IMG/VR virus record: IMGVR_UViG_3300037515_000096
Span: 1 to 40,994 of that record
DNA from: a virus
Lineage: Duplodnaviria > Caudoviricetes
Strand: one strand, 5' to 3'
DNA length: 40,994 nucleotides
The notes beneath the pieces are model-generated. The model was not told the DNA's origin. It did no database searches and saw only the letters and a program-made list of their open reading frames with translations. The position numbers were made by a program, and so were the translations under genes. Position 1 is the stretch's first letter. Each line of letters begins with the position of its first letter. Shown here piece by piece: positions 16,209 through 25,787 of this stretch.

Positions 16209-19200
16209 ATGGCCCAGCGCGGTAACGCCCTCATATTCTCTTTTGTAGCCCAAGATAAGTTCACCCAGGTTGCTGCTGCGATTAGCAACAAGCTGTCCAA
16301 ATTCGGCAAAGTAGCAGCAGTCGGGGTCGCGGCAGTTTCAGTAGTCGCGGCTAAGGGAGCACAGGCGTTCCTCGAATTTGATGACGCCATGAACGAATCC
16401 CTAGCGATTATGGGCCAAGTCGCTGGTCCGATGCGCCATAAGATGGAAGAAGCTGCTAAAGCTGTTGGTCGGACTACACGTTTCTCGGCGACCGAGGCCG
16501 CTGAAGGGTTCTTCTTCCTGGCCTCGGCGGGTTTTGACGCGCAAAAGACGCTTAGTGCCCTCCCAGTTGTAGCCAGATTCGCCCAGGCCGGGTTGATCGA
16601 TATGGCAACCGCCACAGAGTTGCTTGTTGATGCCCAGAACGCCATGGGATTGAAGTCTGCGGACACAGTTCAGAACATCAAGAACCTGACCCGAGTCAGT
16701 GACGTTCTGACGAAGGCCAACGTTGTGTCTAACGCGACCATCGAAGAGATGGCGCAAGCTCTTACCAACAAAGCCGCTCCTGCTCTTCGAGTCATGAATA
16801 AAGATGTCGAAGAGGGTGTGGCTGTCCTAGCGGCTCTGGCTAGCCAGGGTTTGAAGGGTAAGGCTGCTGGTCTTTCTCTGTCCATCGTTCTGCGTGAGCT
16901 TTCCCGAAGGGCAATCACACACGCGGATGCCTTCGAGGAAGCCAACATCGCGGTCTTTGATTCCCAGGGTAAAATGCGTAACCTCGGTGTCATCATCGGA
17001 GAACTGGAAACCCGATTCGCGGGTATGTCTGATGAACAGCTCCGGGCTGACCTTATGATGCTTGGATTCACCGACCGGTCGATCCAGGTAATCCTGAACC
17101 TGCTAGGCACGTCTGAAGCTATCAAGCAGTATGAGAAGGACTTACGTGATGCAGGTGGCACGACTGAGGATATAGCTAATAACCAGCTCAAGTCTTTCCA
17201 AGCCAAGCTGGATATTATCAAGTCTCATGCCGAGCAAGCCGCAATGGTGATAGGCGAGTCTCTAGTTACGTCAATCTTCGGTCTCGGTGAGGTCGTTGTA
17301 GAAGCGGTCAGGATGTTCGGTGATCTACCCGAGGGCATCCAGACTGCGGTCAAGTGGGTTACAGCACTGTCGCTGGGAATCCCCATCATGGTTGGTGTAC
17401 TCAAGGGTGCAACAAGCGCTGTAGAGACTCTCTACATAAAGTTCTTGCTTCTCAGCCGAGGTGCTCAACTGGCTGTCGCCACCATGGGTGCTATTGGTGC
17501 AGTTCTGGCTGCCGGTGCCATCATCCTCGGAATCTATGCCAAGAAGAACGTTGACGCTAAGCACCGAGTCGATCAACTAGCTGAATCTCTGGACCGAAAG
17601 ACCGGAGCACTAACCGACAGCACCCGCGAGACCGCTGTCGCGATCGCACAGGACCGTGGGCTGCTGGACGCAGCAGACGAGCTTGGAATCAGCACCGAGC
17701 GGGTTATCGACGCCATGCTTGGTGACGCCGATGCTAAGCGTGAGGTGGCTGACGCAGCACAGCAGGCGGTTCAGGAAAACATAGGTCTTACCGAAGAGGG
17801 TAAGGAGCTTGCGGACCAGTACGACGTAACAGCGGGTGCCGGTGAAAGCCTGGCGTTCGCTACGGAGAATCTGGGCTCCGCATCCACCGACACCAAAGCC
17901 GCCGCAGACAAGCTTACCGGTGGCCTTAACGATCAGTCCGAAGAGCTGGATGAAGCTCAAAGAAAGACCCGTCAGGCTTCGGATGCTCTCGGAGAGACTG
18001 AAGAAGCTGAAGACGATCTGGAAACTCAGCTCGCAGAGACCACTGGTGCTGTCGAAGACCAGACTGATGTAATTCAAGATCTCATCGATGATCTTGATGA
18101 TATGGTCACATCTGTTTACGCCGTCAGAGACGCGGATCGAGACTGGGAAGAGCAGCTAGATAACACCAGAGAAGCAATTAAGGAAAATGGCGCGACCCTC
18201 GACATCACGACCGAAAAGGGCCGTGCCAACGAGGAGCAGCTCGACCAGCTAGCTCAGTCCGCACTCGACCAGGCCAAAGCCAACCTCGAAAACGGCGAAA
18301 GCCATGAAGACGTTCGGGCCAAGATGGAGAAGGCTCGAAAGAAGTTCATCGAACTCGGCATAGAGATGGGCCTCGAAGAAGAGCAAGCCGAGGCTCTTGC
18401 CGACGAGCTTGGTCTCATCCCTGGTAACTACGAAGCCGTAGTAGAAGTCGAGACCACCAAAGCCAACCAGAAAATCGCGGCCTTCCTAACTAAGATTCGC
18501 GAGATCCCTAAGACAGTACCCGTCGAGTTCGCTGGCTCTGTTACCTGGAGCGGTGGTTTCGGTGGAATGGGCGGCGCTGGCGGAATGGATGCCGGTAAGG
18601 GCGGGGTTGGGTTCCCTCTACCCCGAGGCTCATATCGCGTTGGTTCTCCATATGGTCCACGCGCTGGTGGGTTCCACACCGGTCAGGACTTCCCGGCTCC
18701 TATAGGCACCCCTGTGTTCGCACCGTTCTCTGGATCGATGTTCAAAGCAGACCAGGGGAACAGGTCTTACGGTAAGTACGTCGGGATCAGCTCTGGGAAC
18801 ATGACATTTATCGGTGCCCACCTGTCCAGGTTTGGCAGGACAGCAGGAAGCGTAAGAGCTGGCCAGGTAGTTGGGTATGTGGGTTCCACCGGAAGGTCAA
18901 CTGGACCACACCTTCACGCTGAGTTCCGTAGAAACGGTCAGCACTTCAACCCACGGCAAGTGATGGCTTTTGCTAAGGGTGGTTTTGCCAAAGCTGGTCA
19001 GCTTGCCCTCGTGGGCGAGCAGGGTCCGGAGTTGGTCAAGTTCCCAACCCGAGCACGTGTTATCACCAACCGGGATAGCCAAAGGATGGTGTCAGAAGCA
19101 GATACCCGCCCGATCATCATCGAGAACCACATCGAGATCGGCGGCGAGGTCGTTCGGGTTGTTCGTACCGAGATCGAGACTGATCACCGTAACTTGAAGC

Positions 19201-19238
19201 GGAAGGTTGGATTCAGAACAGGAGGTCCAAGGCTGTGA
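16209..19238 (+). CDS. tape measure protein (TP901-type core) with C-terminal M23 peptidase
   Basis: 1009 aa Ala-rich helical; FSATEAAEG..LASAG; HTGQDF and STGPHLHAE. Confidence 0.95.
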   Translation: MAQRGNALIFSFVAQDKFTQVAAAISNKLSKFGKVAAVGVAAVSVVAAKGAQAFLEFDDAMNESLAIMGQVAGPMRHKMEEAAKAVGRTTRFSATEAAEGFFFLASAGFDAQKTLSALPVVARFAQAGLIDMATATELLVDAQNAMGLKSADTVQNIKNLTRVSDVLTKANVVSNATIEEMAQALTNKAAPALRVMNKDVEEGVAVLAALASQGLKGKAAGLSLSIVLRELSRRAITHADAFEEANIAVFDSQGKMRNLGVIIGELETRFAGMSDEQLRADLMMLGFTDRSIQVILNLLGTSEAIKQYEKDLRDAGGTTEDIANNQLKSFQAKLDIIKSHAEQAAMVIGESLVTSIFGLGEVVVEAVRMFGDLPEGIQTAVKWVTALSLGIPIMVGVLKGATSAVETLYIKFLLLSRGAQLAVATMGAIGAVLAAGAIILGIYAKKNVDAKHRVDQLAESLDRKTGALTDSTRETAVAIAQDRGLLDAADELGISTERVIDAMLGDADAKREVADAAQQAVQENIGLTEEGKELADQYDVTAGAGESLAFATENLGSASTDTKAAADKLTGGLNDQSEELDEAQRKTRQASDALGETEEAEDDLETQLAETTGAVEDQTDVIQDLIDDLDDMVTSVYAVRDADRDWEEQLDNTREAIKENGATLDITTEKGRANEEQLDQLAQSALDQAKANLENGESHEDVRAKMEKARKKFIELGIEMGLEEEQAEALADELGLIPGNYEAVVEVETTKANQKIAAFLTKIREIPKTVPVEFAGSVTWSGGFGGMGGAGGMDAGKGGVGFPLPRGSYRVGSPYGPRAGGFHTGQDFPAPIGTPVFAPFSGSMFKADQGNRSYGKYVGISSGNMTFIGAHLSRFGRTAGSVRAGQVVGYVGSTGRSTGPHLHAEFRRNGQHFNPRQVMAFAKGGFAKAGQLALVGEQGPELVKFPTRARVITNRDSQRMVSEADTRPIIIENHIEIGGEVVRVVRTEIETDHRNLKRKVGFRTGGPRL

Positions 19239-20674
19239 CCATAGGACTAGCCTATGATGACACGCTATCTCGTGTTGAGATCTCTTTATCCAGCCTGGCA
19301 GCAGTCAGCGTGGTAACCGTAGAGCGTTCAACCAACGAACTGTTCTGGGAGACAGTACGCGGTGGGGTAGCGCTGCCTATTTCTGGCGGTGCTGCCCTGC
19401 TCAACGATTACGAGTTTTCGGATGAAGTGGAGAACTTCTACCGAGTTCTCCCCGTAGATCCAATTGCTGGACTTATGTTGGATGGTGTGTCAGGCAGTCA
19501 TGCCTCTACTCCTGACCATGCGAGTTTGGACATCACCAGTGACATCGACCTGCGTGCAGAAGCTACATTAGACGACTGGGCATCGGGCAGCATCCAAAAT
19601 CTAATCGGAAAGAGCAATGCAGCAGCTACACAGAACTCGTATCGGCTGCGCGTAAGTGCGACAGGCTTTCTGGAAATATCGTGGACCGAAGATGGCTCCA
19701 CGGTAGAGACCGCAACCTCAACAGTAGCTCTACCGGTGTCCAACGGTGAACGGTTAGCTGTGCGGGCGACACTCGACGTGAACAACTTAGCGTTTGGCCG
19801 GACCATTCGATTCTATACATCTACTGCGATTGATGGTCAGTGGACTCAGCTTGGTACAGACGTGGTTCAAGCAGGTACAACGTCAATTTTCTCTGGCACG
19901 GCTGGACTATCTGTTGGTTCTGCCGCAGATGATGGTTCTCTGCATAGGACCACTGGAATAGTGTTCGCCGCTGAGGTCCGAAGTGGCGTGGGTGGGACTG
20001 TCGTAGCTGATCCTCGGTTCGACCTACAGACCCATGGAGCAACGTCGTTCGATGACGATGCTGGTAGAACTTGGACTATCAATGGTGGTGCCGAGATTAT
20101 CGGAGCCATACTTGAAGAGGACTCGATCACCCCAAGCCTAGAGGGCAAAATCTGGTTGAAGTCCATCAGGTACCCATTCCTAAATCGTCCAGTTAACCTA
20201 CTGGATCGTGGACAATCAGAAGGGCGCGAGAATAGATCTGCGGTCTTCCCGGTTTCTGGACGTTCCAACCCAACTGCCGTTCATGACTTGATGGGCGGAA
20301 AGCAGTTTGTTCACTACATCAAGACAAGCGGTTTGAACCATCTAGCTGAGGCTAGAGATGTCGATCTGACACTAGCGGCAGGAGACGTGTTCTTTCTGCA
20401 TATCCCACAGGGTGTTAGAGCACCTGGTGGATATGTAACCATCACAGGAAGTTCCCAAGAACGGATGTTCGAAGGATCAGATAATGCTCCTCAGGTATTC
20501 GAGCTGAACTGTAGTGTCGTAAACCCCCCTGGACCCAGCGTGGTTGGAACCGTTCTGACTTGGGGGACGATCTTCAATATCTATGGTTCTTGGAATGCAT
20601 TGCTTACAGCCAACCCAACTTGGGCGGATCTTCTTTCGACGGTCGGCAGCCCAGATGATGTCTTCACTGGATAA
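19235..20674 (+). CDS. minor tail protein (Dit-like) with internal LamG/ConA-like domain
   Basis: First gene after TMP; VRGG..DYEF N-part, ASTPDHASLDITSDIDLR insert, WLKS..PFLN C-part. Confidence 0.75.
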   Translation: MTIGLAYDDTLSRVEISLSSLAAVSVVTVERSTNELFWETVRGGVALPISGGAALLNDYEFSDEVENFYRVLPVDPIAGLMLDGVSGSHASTPDHASLDITSDIDLRAEATLDDWASGSIQNLIGKSNAAATQNSYRLRVSATGFLEISWTEDGSTVETATSTVALPVSNGERLAVRATLDVNNLAFGRTIRFYTSTAIDGQWTQLGTDVVQAGTTSIFSGTAGLSVGSAADDGSLHRTTGIVFAAEVRSGVGGTVVADPRFDLQTHGATSFDDDAGRTWTINGGAEIIGAILEEDSITPSLEGKIWLKSIRYPFLNRPVNLLDRGQSEGRENRSAVFPVSGRSNPTAVHDLMGGKQFVHYIKTSGLNHLAEARDVDLTLAAGDVFFLHIPQGVRAPGGYVTITGSSQERMFEGSDNAPQVFELNCSVVNPPGPSVVGTVLTWGTIFNIYGSWNALLTANPTWADLLSTVGSPDDVFTG

Positions 20675-20677
20675 CAT

Positions 20678-21430
20678 ATGCCTTCTACTCCGAAGTATGG
20701 ATTCCCCTTTGAATCCCCGCCTTTCGCAAGCCCAAGTACAGAGCCAGGTGAGACCCTCCACGGTGGCTCTACAGGAACATCCGACATCCTCGCTGAGAAG
20801 GTTGAGGAAGAGCTAGACCGAGTAGATATCGATGTTCAAGATCTACTGGCTCGTGTCGAAGCCATTGAGAACGGCCTGATTGTTCCAGGATGGACACATA
20901 TCCAGAGTGGAAGCAACATCGGACCCAATTTCGATATAGATCTAACCGATGATGGGAAGTTTTCAATCGGTGAGTTCGTCCTGTTGCGTTTGCACATGCG
21001 CTATGACCTTACCGCCGAAGGTTTCATTCGGCTGTTGGTCAACAACGATGGCGGTCCGAGTGCCTACAACGGCGGTATGCGTGTGCTCGACGCCGCTAAC
21101 GCCGATCCGACCGGTGCGACTCCCGCCAGCATCGGCGTTGACGTACTCAACCACTGGACCAGCATTAACTGGTGGAACATCGGGTGGGGTGCGACGGTCA
21201 GCACCAACAATCTGATCTGCACGATCTTACACACGGACGCCACCAACTTACATAACTTCCATAGCGTCGGTGGTCGAATGTCCACCTCTGCGACCACGCA
21301 CGCCGAGGTCACCGCATGGGGCAACCTCTTATCTAGCCTGTCTGCTGCACCATCGTCGCTACGGATCGCGCCCGATGGAGTGGAGTTCTCCAACTCCTGG
21401 TGGTGGGTTGAGGGTTATCGAGTTCCTTAG
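20678..21430 (+). CDS. minor tail protein
   Basis: TPKYGFPF start, short coiled coil, beta-rich C-domain. Confidence 0.7.
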   Translation: MPSTPKYGFPFESPPFASPSTEPGETLHGGSTGTSDILAEKVEEELDRVDIDVQDLLARVEAIENGLIVPGWTHIQSGSNIGPNFDIDLTDDGKFSIGEFVLLRLHMRYDLTAEGFIRLLVNNDGGPSAYNGGMRVLDAANADPTGATPASIGVDVLNHWTSINWWNIGWGATVSTNNLICTILHTDATNLHNFHSVGGRMSTSATTHAEVTAWGNLLSSLSAAPSSLRIAPDGVEFSNSWWWVEGYRVP

Positions 21431-21442
21431 TTTGGAGGTTAA

Positions 21443-23839
21443 GTGGCTGTCGTAAATATGGTTGTTGGAGCCACAACTCCAGACGGAGCTACATTCGTTG
21501 CCAAAGTAGACGGCGGCGGTCCAGTCCGGGTTGCAGTTGCAGACAACGAGAACATGACAAGTCCTGTGTTCACCAGCTCTCAAGCTGTGGACGCACAAGG
21601 CGTAGCTAAGGTCTCGATCACCGGTCTCGATCCTGACACGGCTTATTGGTGGCAGGTCGAGGACAATAGCACCCTAGATACAAGCGTCACGGGTCGTCTT
21701 AGAACACACCCATTGCTTAATCTCCCAGCTAGCTTCACTATCGCTGCTGCGTCTTGTGCCGGGTTGAACTCCGCGTTCCCTGGTGACGGCTCAGAGCTGG
21801 CTGATAACAGGCTGAGCAACCATCCTGTGTTCGATACCATCCGTGGGCAAGACCCACTGATGTTTGTTCACTTGGGAGACCTGCACTACTACGACCTTGG
21901 CAGTGATAACCACGGCATCGTAGGTGGTGGGTCGCTAGCCAACTACCGCAGCGGTTATGACGATGTGCTGAACCAGGACAGGCAGCACCAGATTTACCGA
22001 GAGGTAGCTTGGTCATACATCTGGGACGATCACGACTTTGGTCCGAATGACTCGGATGGAACCCATGTAGACAAAGCCAACGCTGCAACGGTATATCGTG
22101 AGAGAGTACCTCACTACCCATTGGATGATGCCAATGGAATCTGGCAGGAATGGCAGATCGGTAGAGTCCAGTTCATAGCCTCTGATGCTAGGTACTACAG
22201 AGACCCCAACAGCGATCCCCAAGGTTCTACCAAGACCATGTTGGGTTCTGCTCAGAAGACATGGATGGAAGACGTTCTAACCAACAGCACAGCGAAGGTG
22301 CTGGTTTGGTTCATGTCCTCACAATGGATTCATCCTTCTGGATCTGACACATGGGCTAGCTTTGTCCATGAACGGGACGAGCTGGTCGAGATGCTCCGCG
22401 ACACCGGCTGGCTTGGTCGGATGGTCATGGTTTACGGAGACCGACATGCTCTTGGTCTTACCGGTGGTCTGAAGAATTCCTGGGGAAGCTTTCCGATTCT
22501 CCAGGCGGCATCCCTGGATTCAAGCTTTGGCGGGTCGTCCTCCAGTCTCTTCGACATAGGGACAGATACCCCCGGTCGGGATCAGTATGGGACCGTTTCG
22601 GTAACTGATCTCGGCAACTTGATCACAGTAAAGCTAACCGGTTGGCAGGGATCTTCGGAATGGGGCAGCTATACCTTTGGTATATCCACGGGTTCTGGTT
22701 CTCCAATCCTCCCTATCGACATCTCCAACACGCTAGCTGGGTCACACCGAGCGGTATTCGAAGCACGTGTCCTGGAAGACTTCCAGACCGGATCAGATCC
22801 GGTTGGAGTCACTATCCCGATTATGGATGGTGACGTTATGTTCGATGGCTCCGCTGGTTCTGAGTTCTTTGCATCATCCGAGATTCAGACAGCAGCCACG
22901 GACGAATCAACAGGCAGGGATCTGTTCCCGCGTAGAGCCAGTGACCTTCTATCTCCATATGGAAACGAGTTCTTCGTTCGTCGCGGTATCGACTTCGGCA
23001 ACGAGATAAAGTGGTTTCCGCTTGGATACTTTCGGATCAATGACGCCGAGCAAGACGATGATCCGGACCAGCCGATCAGATTGACTGGAACTGATCGCAT
23101 GGCTGGAATCATCGATAGCAGGCTGCTAGAGCCGGTTCAGTTCTTGAAAGACAAAACTATCACTTCGGTTGTGTCAGAGCTGGTTCACGATGTGTATCCA
23201 GATGCTCTCATTCTGTTTGATGACAGCAGCGGGTCAAACAAGCTCGGTAGACAACTGGTGGTTGAGGAATCCAGACACGCCGCTCTGCTGGATATAGCGA
23301 ACTCGCTCGGAAAAGTCATCTACTGGGATGGTGAAGGCTTCCTCAGGATCGAAGACCCACCGGACACAAGTGTAGTCAAGTGGCACATCAGGGCTATTAG
23401 AGATGGTGTTCTCACCGAATCCAGCCGTCGAGTTACCCGAGATGGTATGGCGAATGCTGTTGTCGCCACGGGCGAGGGTTCAACTGAAGAAGCGGTCAGA
23501 GGTTTGGCGTTGGATGTAGGCCCAAACAGCCCCACTAGATGGGGCGGGAAGTTTGGCAAGGTTCCACTGTTCTACTCGTCTCCGCTTCTCACGACAGCGG
23601 TACAGGCTAGGAAAGCAGCCAGGACTCTTCTTTTCCAGCGCATTGGAAAACCTTACTCGGTGGACTTTGGTGTAATCCCCAACCCATCTATCCGACCACG
23701 GGACACGGTTCGGATCACACAGAAGAACGGTGAGCGGGAGAAACACATCATCGAAACATGCACACTCCCATTAGTAGCTGGTCGGAACATGACCGGCACC
23801 ACAAGGGAACAGACCACAGTAGAAATCGAAGAGAGCTGA
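21443..23839 (+). CDS. PhoD-family phosphatase fused to minor tail (baseplate hub-like) protein
   Basis: ASC, HLGDLHY, WDDHD, DARYYRD, MLGSAQ, GDRH in the N-half; LSPYGNE, PLGYFRI, NAVVATGE, FYSSPLL in the C-half; one open frame. Confidence 0.85.
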   Translation: MAVVNMVVGATTPDGATFVAKVDGGGPVRVAVADNENMTSPVFTSSQAVDAQGVAKVSITGLDPDTAYWWQVEDNSTLDTSVTGRLRTHPLLNLPASFTIAAASCAGLNSAFPGDGSELADNRLSNHPVFDTIRGQDPLMFVHLGDLHYYDLGSDNHGIVGGGSLANYRSGYDDVLNQDRQHQIYREVAWSYIWDDHDFGPNDSDGTHVDKANAATVYRERVPHYPLDDANGIWQEWQIGRVQFIASDARYYRDPNSDPQGSTKTMLGSAQKTWMEDVLTNSTAKVLVWFMSSQWIHPSGSDTWASFVHERDELVEMLRDTGWLGRMVMVYGDRHALGLTGGLKNSWGSFPILQAASLDSSFGGSSSSLFDIGTDTPGRDQYGTVSVTDLGNLITVKLTGWQGSSEWGSYTFGISTGSGSPILPIDISNTLAGSHRAVFEARVLEDFQTGSDPVGVTIPIMDGDVMFDGSAGSEFFASSEIQTAATDESTGRDLFPRRASDLLSPYGNEFFVRRGIDFGNEIKWFPLGYFRINDAEQDDDPDQPIRLTGTDRMAGIIDSRLLEPVQFLKDKTITSVVSELVHDVYPDALILFDDSSGSNKLGRQLVVEESRHAALLDIANSLGKVIYWDGEGFLRIEDPPDTSVVKWHIRAIRDGVLTESSRRVTRDGMANAVVATGEGSTEEAVRGLALDVGPNSPTRWGGKFGKVPLFYSSPLLTTAVQARKAARTLLFQRIGKPYSVDFGVIPNPSIRPRDTVRITQKNGEREKHIIETCTLPLVAGRNMTGTTREQTTVEIEES

Positions 23840-23842
23840 GAC

Positions 23843-24799
23843 ATGACCCACGGCGGTACTCATGATCTGACAGATCTGTTAGCTCCTCATCCGGAGTCTG
23901 CTGTCCGCTATGGACAAGGCGAGATCATCTCTTGGGACCCAGACACGTTTGAGAACAGAATAGACTGGAACGGTGTCCTCCTTGAGGATCTCCCCGTCAT
24001 CGCTGGTCTTGAGTCCTTTGGATTTCGTACCGGTCAAACAGTCGGTCTGCTCGGATGGGATTCGGCTGGAAACAAAGGGATGACCACCTGGTGGATTCTC
24101 GGTCGGTTGATTGTTCCAGGAAGCTCGGAATTCGGTGTAGAGATCCCAGATCTCTTGAAAGCCAAAGTCATCAACGTTGATGAACTCAACGCAGACGTGA
24201 TCAACATCGATGGTAAGGATCTTTCGACATTCATCTCCGAGGGGATCACCGAGCAGGTTCCTGACAGCGACCCTGATCCTCCACCAGGTGGGTCTGTCAA
24301 GAAGTCCAAGATATACAACGCTAGCTGGTCGCAGGCTTATCAAGGAGACAACAGCAAGAACACCTTCAACGACAAACCAAGGCAGGGGTTCTGGTCATCC
24401 ACCAACGGAAACCAGCGAAGCCTAATCGGATTCCCGTCTAGCACCATTCAGTCTGATCTTTCTGCGGCTACTTCGGTCACCAAGGTCCGTGTCTACATGT
24501 ATTTCGACCACTGGTACTTCAACTCAGGTGGTACCGCGATCATCGGTCACCATGGACACACCAACGAGCCCAGCACTTTCTCTGCTACGACCGATGTGGT
24601 TCGGTCTTCAAACTGGCCTAAGCCAGGTGGTCGATGGGTTACGTACAGCGATGACCGATCCGAATGGAAGACCGGAGTAAAGAAGGGGATCTCGATCGGT
24701 CCCGGCCCGTCTACTAACAGGCTCTACTACGGATCTATCCGTGGTTCCGACGAGTCCAGTAAACCACGTCTTGAAATCACCTGGGAAGAGCCCGCGTGA
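23843..24799 (+). CDS. minor tail protein, possible receptor-binding tip
   Basis: OB-like N-domain ending WWILGR; basic aromatic C-domain ending PRLEITW. Confidence 0.7.
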   Translation: MTHGGTHDLTDLLAPHPESAVRYGQGEIISWDPDTFENRIDWNGVLLEDLPVIAGLESFGFRTGQTVGLLGWDSAGNKGMTTWWILGRLIVPGSSEFGVEIPDLLKAKVINVDELNADVINIDGKDLSTFISEGITEQVPDSDPDPPPGGSVKKSKIYNASWSQAYQGDNSKNTFNDKPRQGFWSSTNGNQRSLIGFPSSTIQSDLSAATSVTKVRVYMYFDHWYFNSGGTAIIGHHGHTNEPSTFSATTDVVRSSNWPKPGGRWVTYSDDRSEWKTGVKKGISIGPGPSTNRLYYGSIRGSDESSKPRLEITWEEPA

Positions 24800-24882
24800 T
24801 ACTCCGTCTTCCACCGAAGGGGTGTTGACGGATCACTGAATCAAGGTCTTCGACCACTGATTCTGCTACTTGGAGAACACCA

Positions 24883-25116
24883 ATGATACTAACGAAGTAC
24901 CTATCTGAGCAGGTCCGTGCATGGATCTACCGAGTTATTCTGTCCGCACAGCCGTTGGTTGTGTTCTACGGTCTACTCGCTGAGCAAGAGGCAGCTCTAT
25001 GGGTTGCCGTCATCTCTTCCATTCTGGGTGTCTCGCTGGCTGCGGCCAACACATCCACCGCTCCTTCAATCGAGGGTGAGTACGACTACCTAGATGATGA
25101 CGTAGAGGACGAGTGA
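24883..25116 (+). CDS. holin
   Basis: 77 aa, two TMs, VRAWIY..YG..ALW..LAAANT, acidic tail. Confidence 0.75.
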   Translation: MILTKYLSEQVRAWIYRVILSAQPLVVFYGLLAEQEAALWVAVISSILGVSLAAANTSTAPSIEGEYDYLDDDVEDE

Positions 25117-25190
25117 TTCAATGCCTGCTCCAGTTAAGGGGCTGAAGGTTACCACGTGCTGCTCTATTCCGAAAGGATTATGGGTAAGCC

Positions 25191-25394
25191 GTGGCTGACG
25201 AACTTAGATTCACAGTAGGAGCCCGTGAGATATATGACGAAGTTAAAGAGCTTCGTCTAGAAGTAAAGTATGCAATTGATGACTATTCGGGTCTACAGAC
25301 ACGAGTCGGCAGACTCGAAAAGATTGTTTACGGCCTCGTCCCGATAGCCGGATTAGTCGGCTACTTAATAAATACCTTCACCGGGGCCGCGTGA
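25191..25394 (+). CDS. small coiled-coil plus C-terminal TM protein (lysis cassette)
   Basis: RVGRLEK coil then hydrophobic helix; next to holin. Confidence 0.65.
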   Translation: MADELRFTVGAREIYDEVKELRLEVKYAIDDYSGLQTRVGRLEKIVYGLVPIAGLVGYLINTFTGAA

Positions 25395-25408
25395 GAGGAA
25401 TAAGATAA

Positions 25409-25756
25409 ATGCCATTTGATAACGCAGGTAAGAACCTGATGCTGGACGAGCTTGCTGCTGTGGCAGTTAGTATCCACATCCACTCGGCTGACCCTGGTGC
25501 TGGAGACGCTAACGCAGAAGGATCTCCAGAGACCATCGCTTGGGACGCTGCTGCTGCTGGAGCCGTCGTTCCAACTGCCAACGTGTCCTTTACTGGGCTG
25601 ACCGCCAGCGTGGACGTTCTGTTCTTCACCCTTTGGGATGTCACGGACACGACTCGATATGCCAAGGGTTCGATCGACACTGGTGACACCGCAGCCAACG
25701 CTGCCGGTGAGTACGAGATCACCACGGCAACCACGCTACAGATCACAGACGCCTGA
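25409..25756 (+). CDS. virion structural protein heading the fibre module
   Basis: GAGGA RBS; HSADPG...IAW...F..LWD pattern; Ala/Thr-rich. Confidence 0.7.
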   Translation: MPFDNAGKNLMLDELAAVAVSIHIHSADPGAGDANAEGSPETIAWDAAAAGAVVPTANVSFTGLTASVDVLFFTLWDVTDTTRYAKGSIDTGDTAANAAGEYEITTATTLQITDA

Positions 25757-25787
25757 TCGTAAGCGAAAGAAGAAGGGAAGGCGCGGC

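Noticed and set aside
21443-22690. PhoD as a free auxiliary metabolic gene
   Set aside because: No export signal, and it is in frame with a tail domain inside the tail operon.
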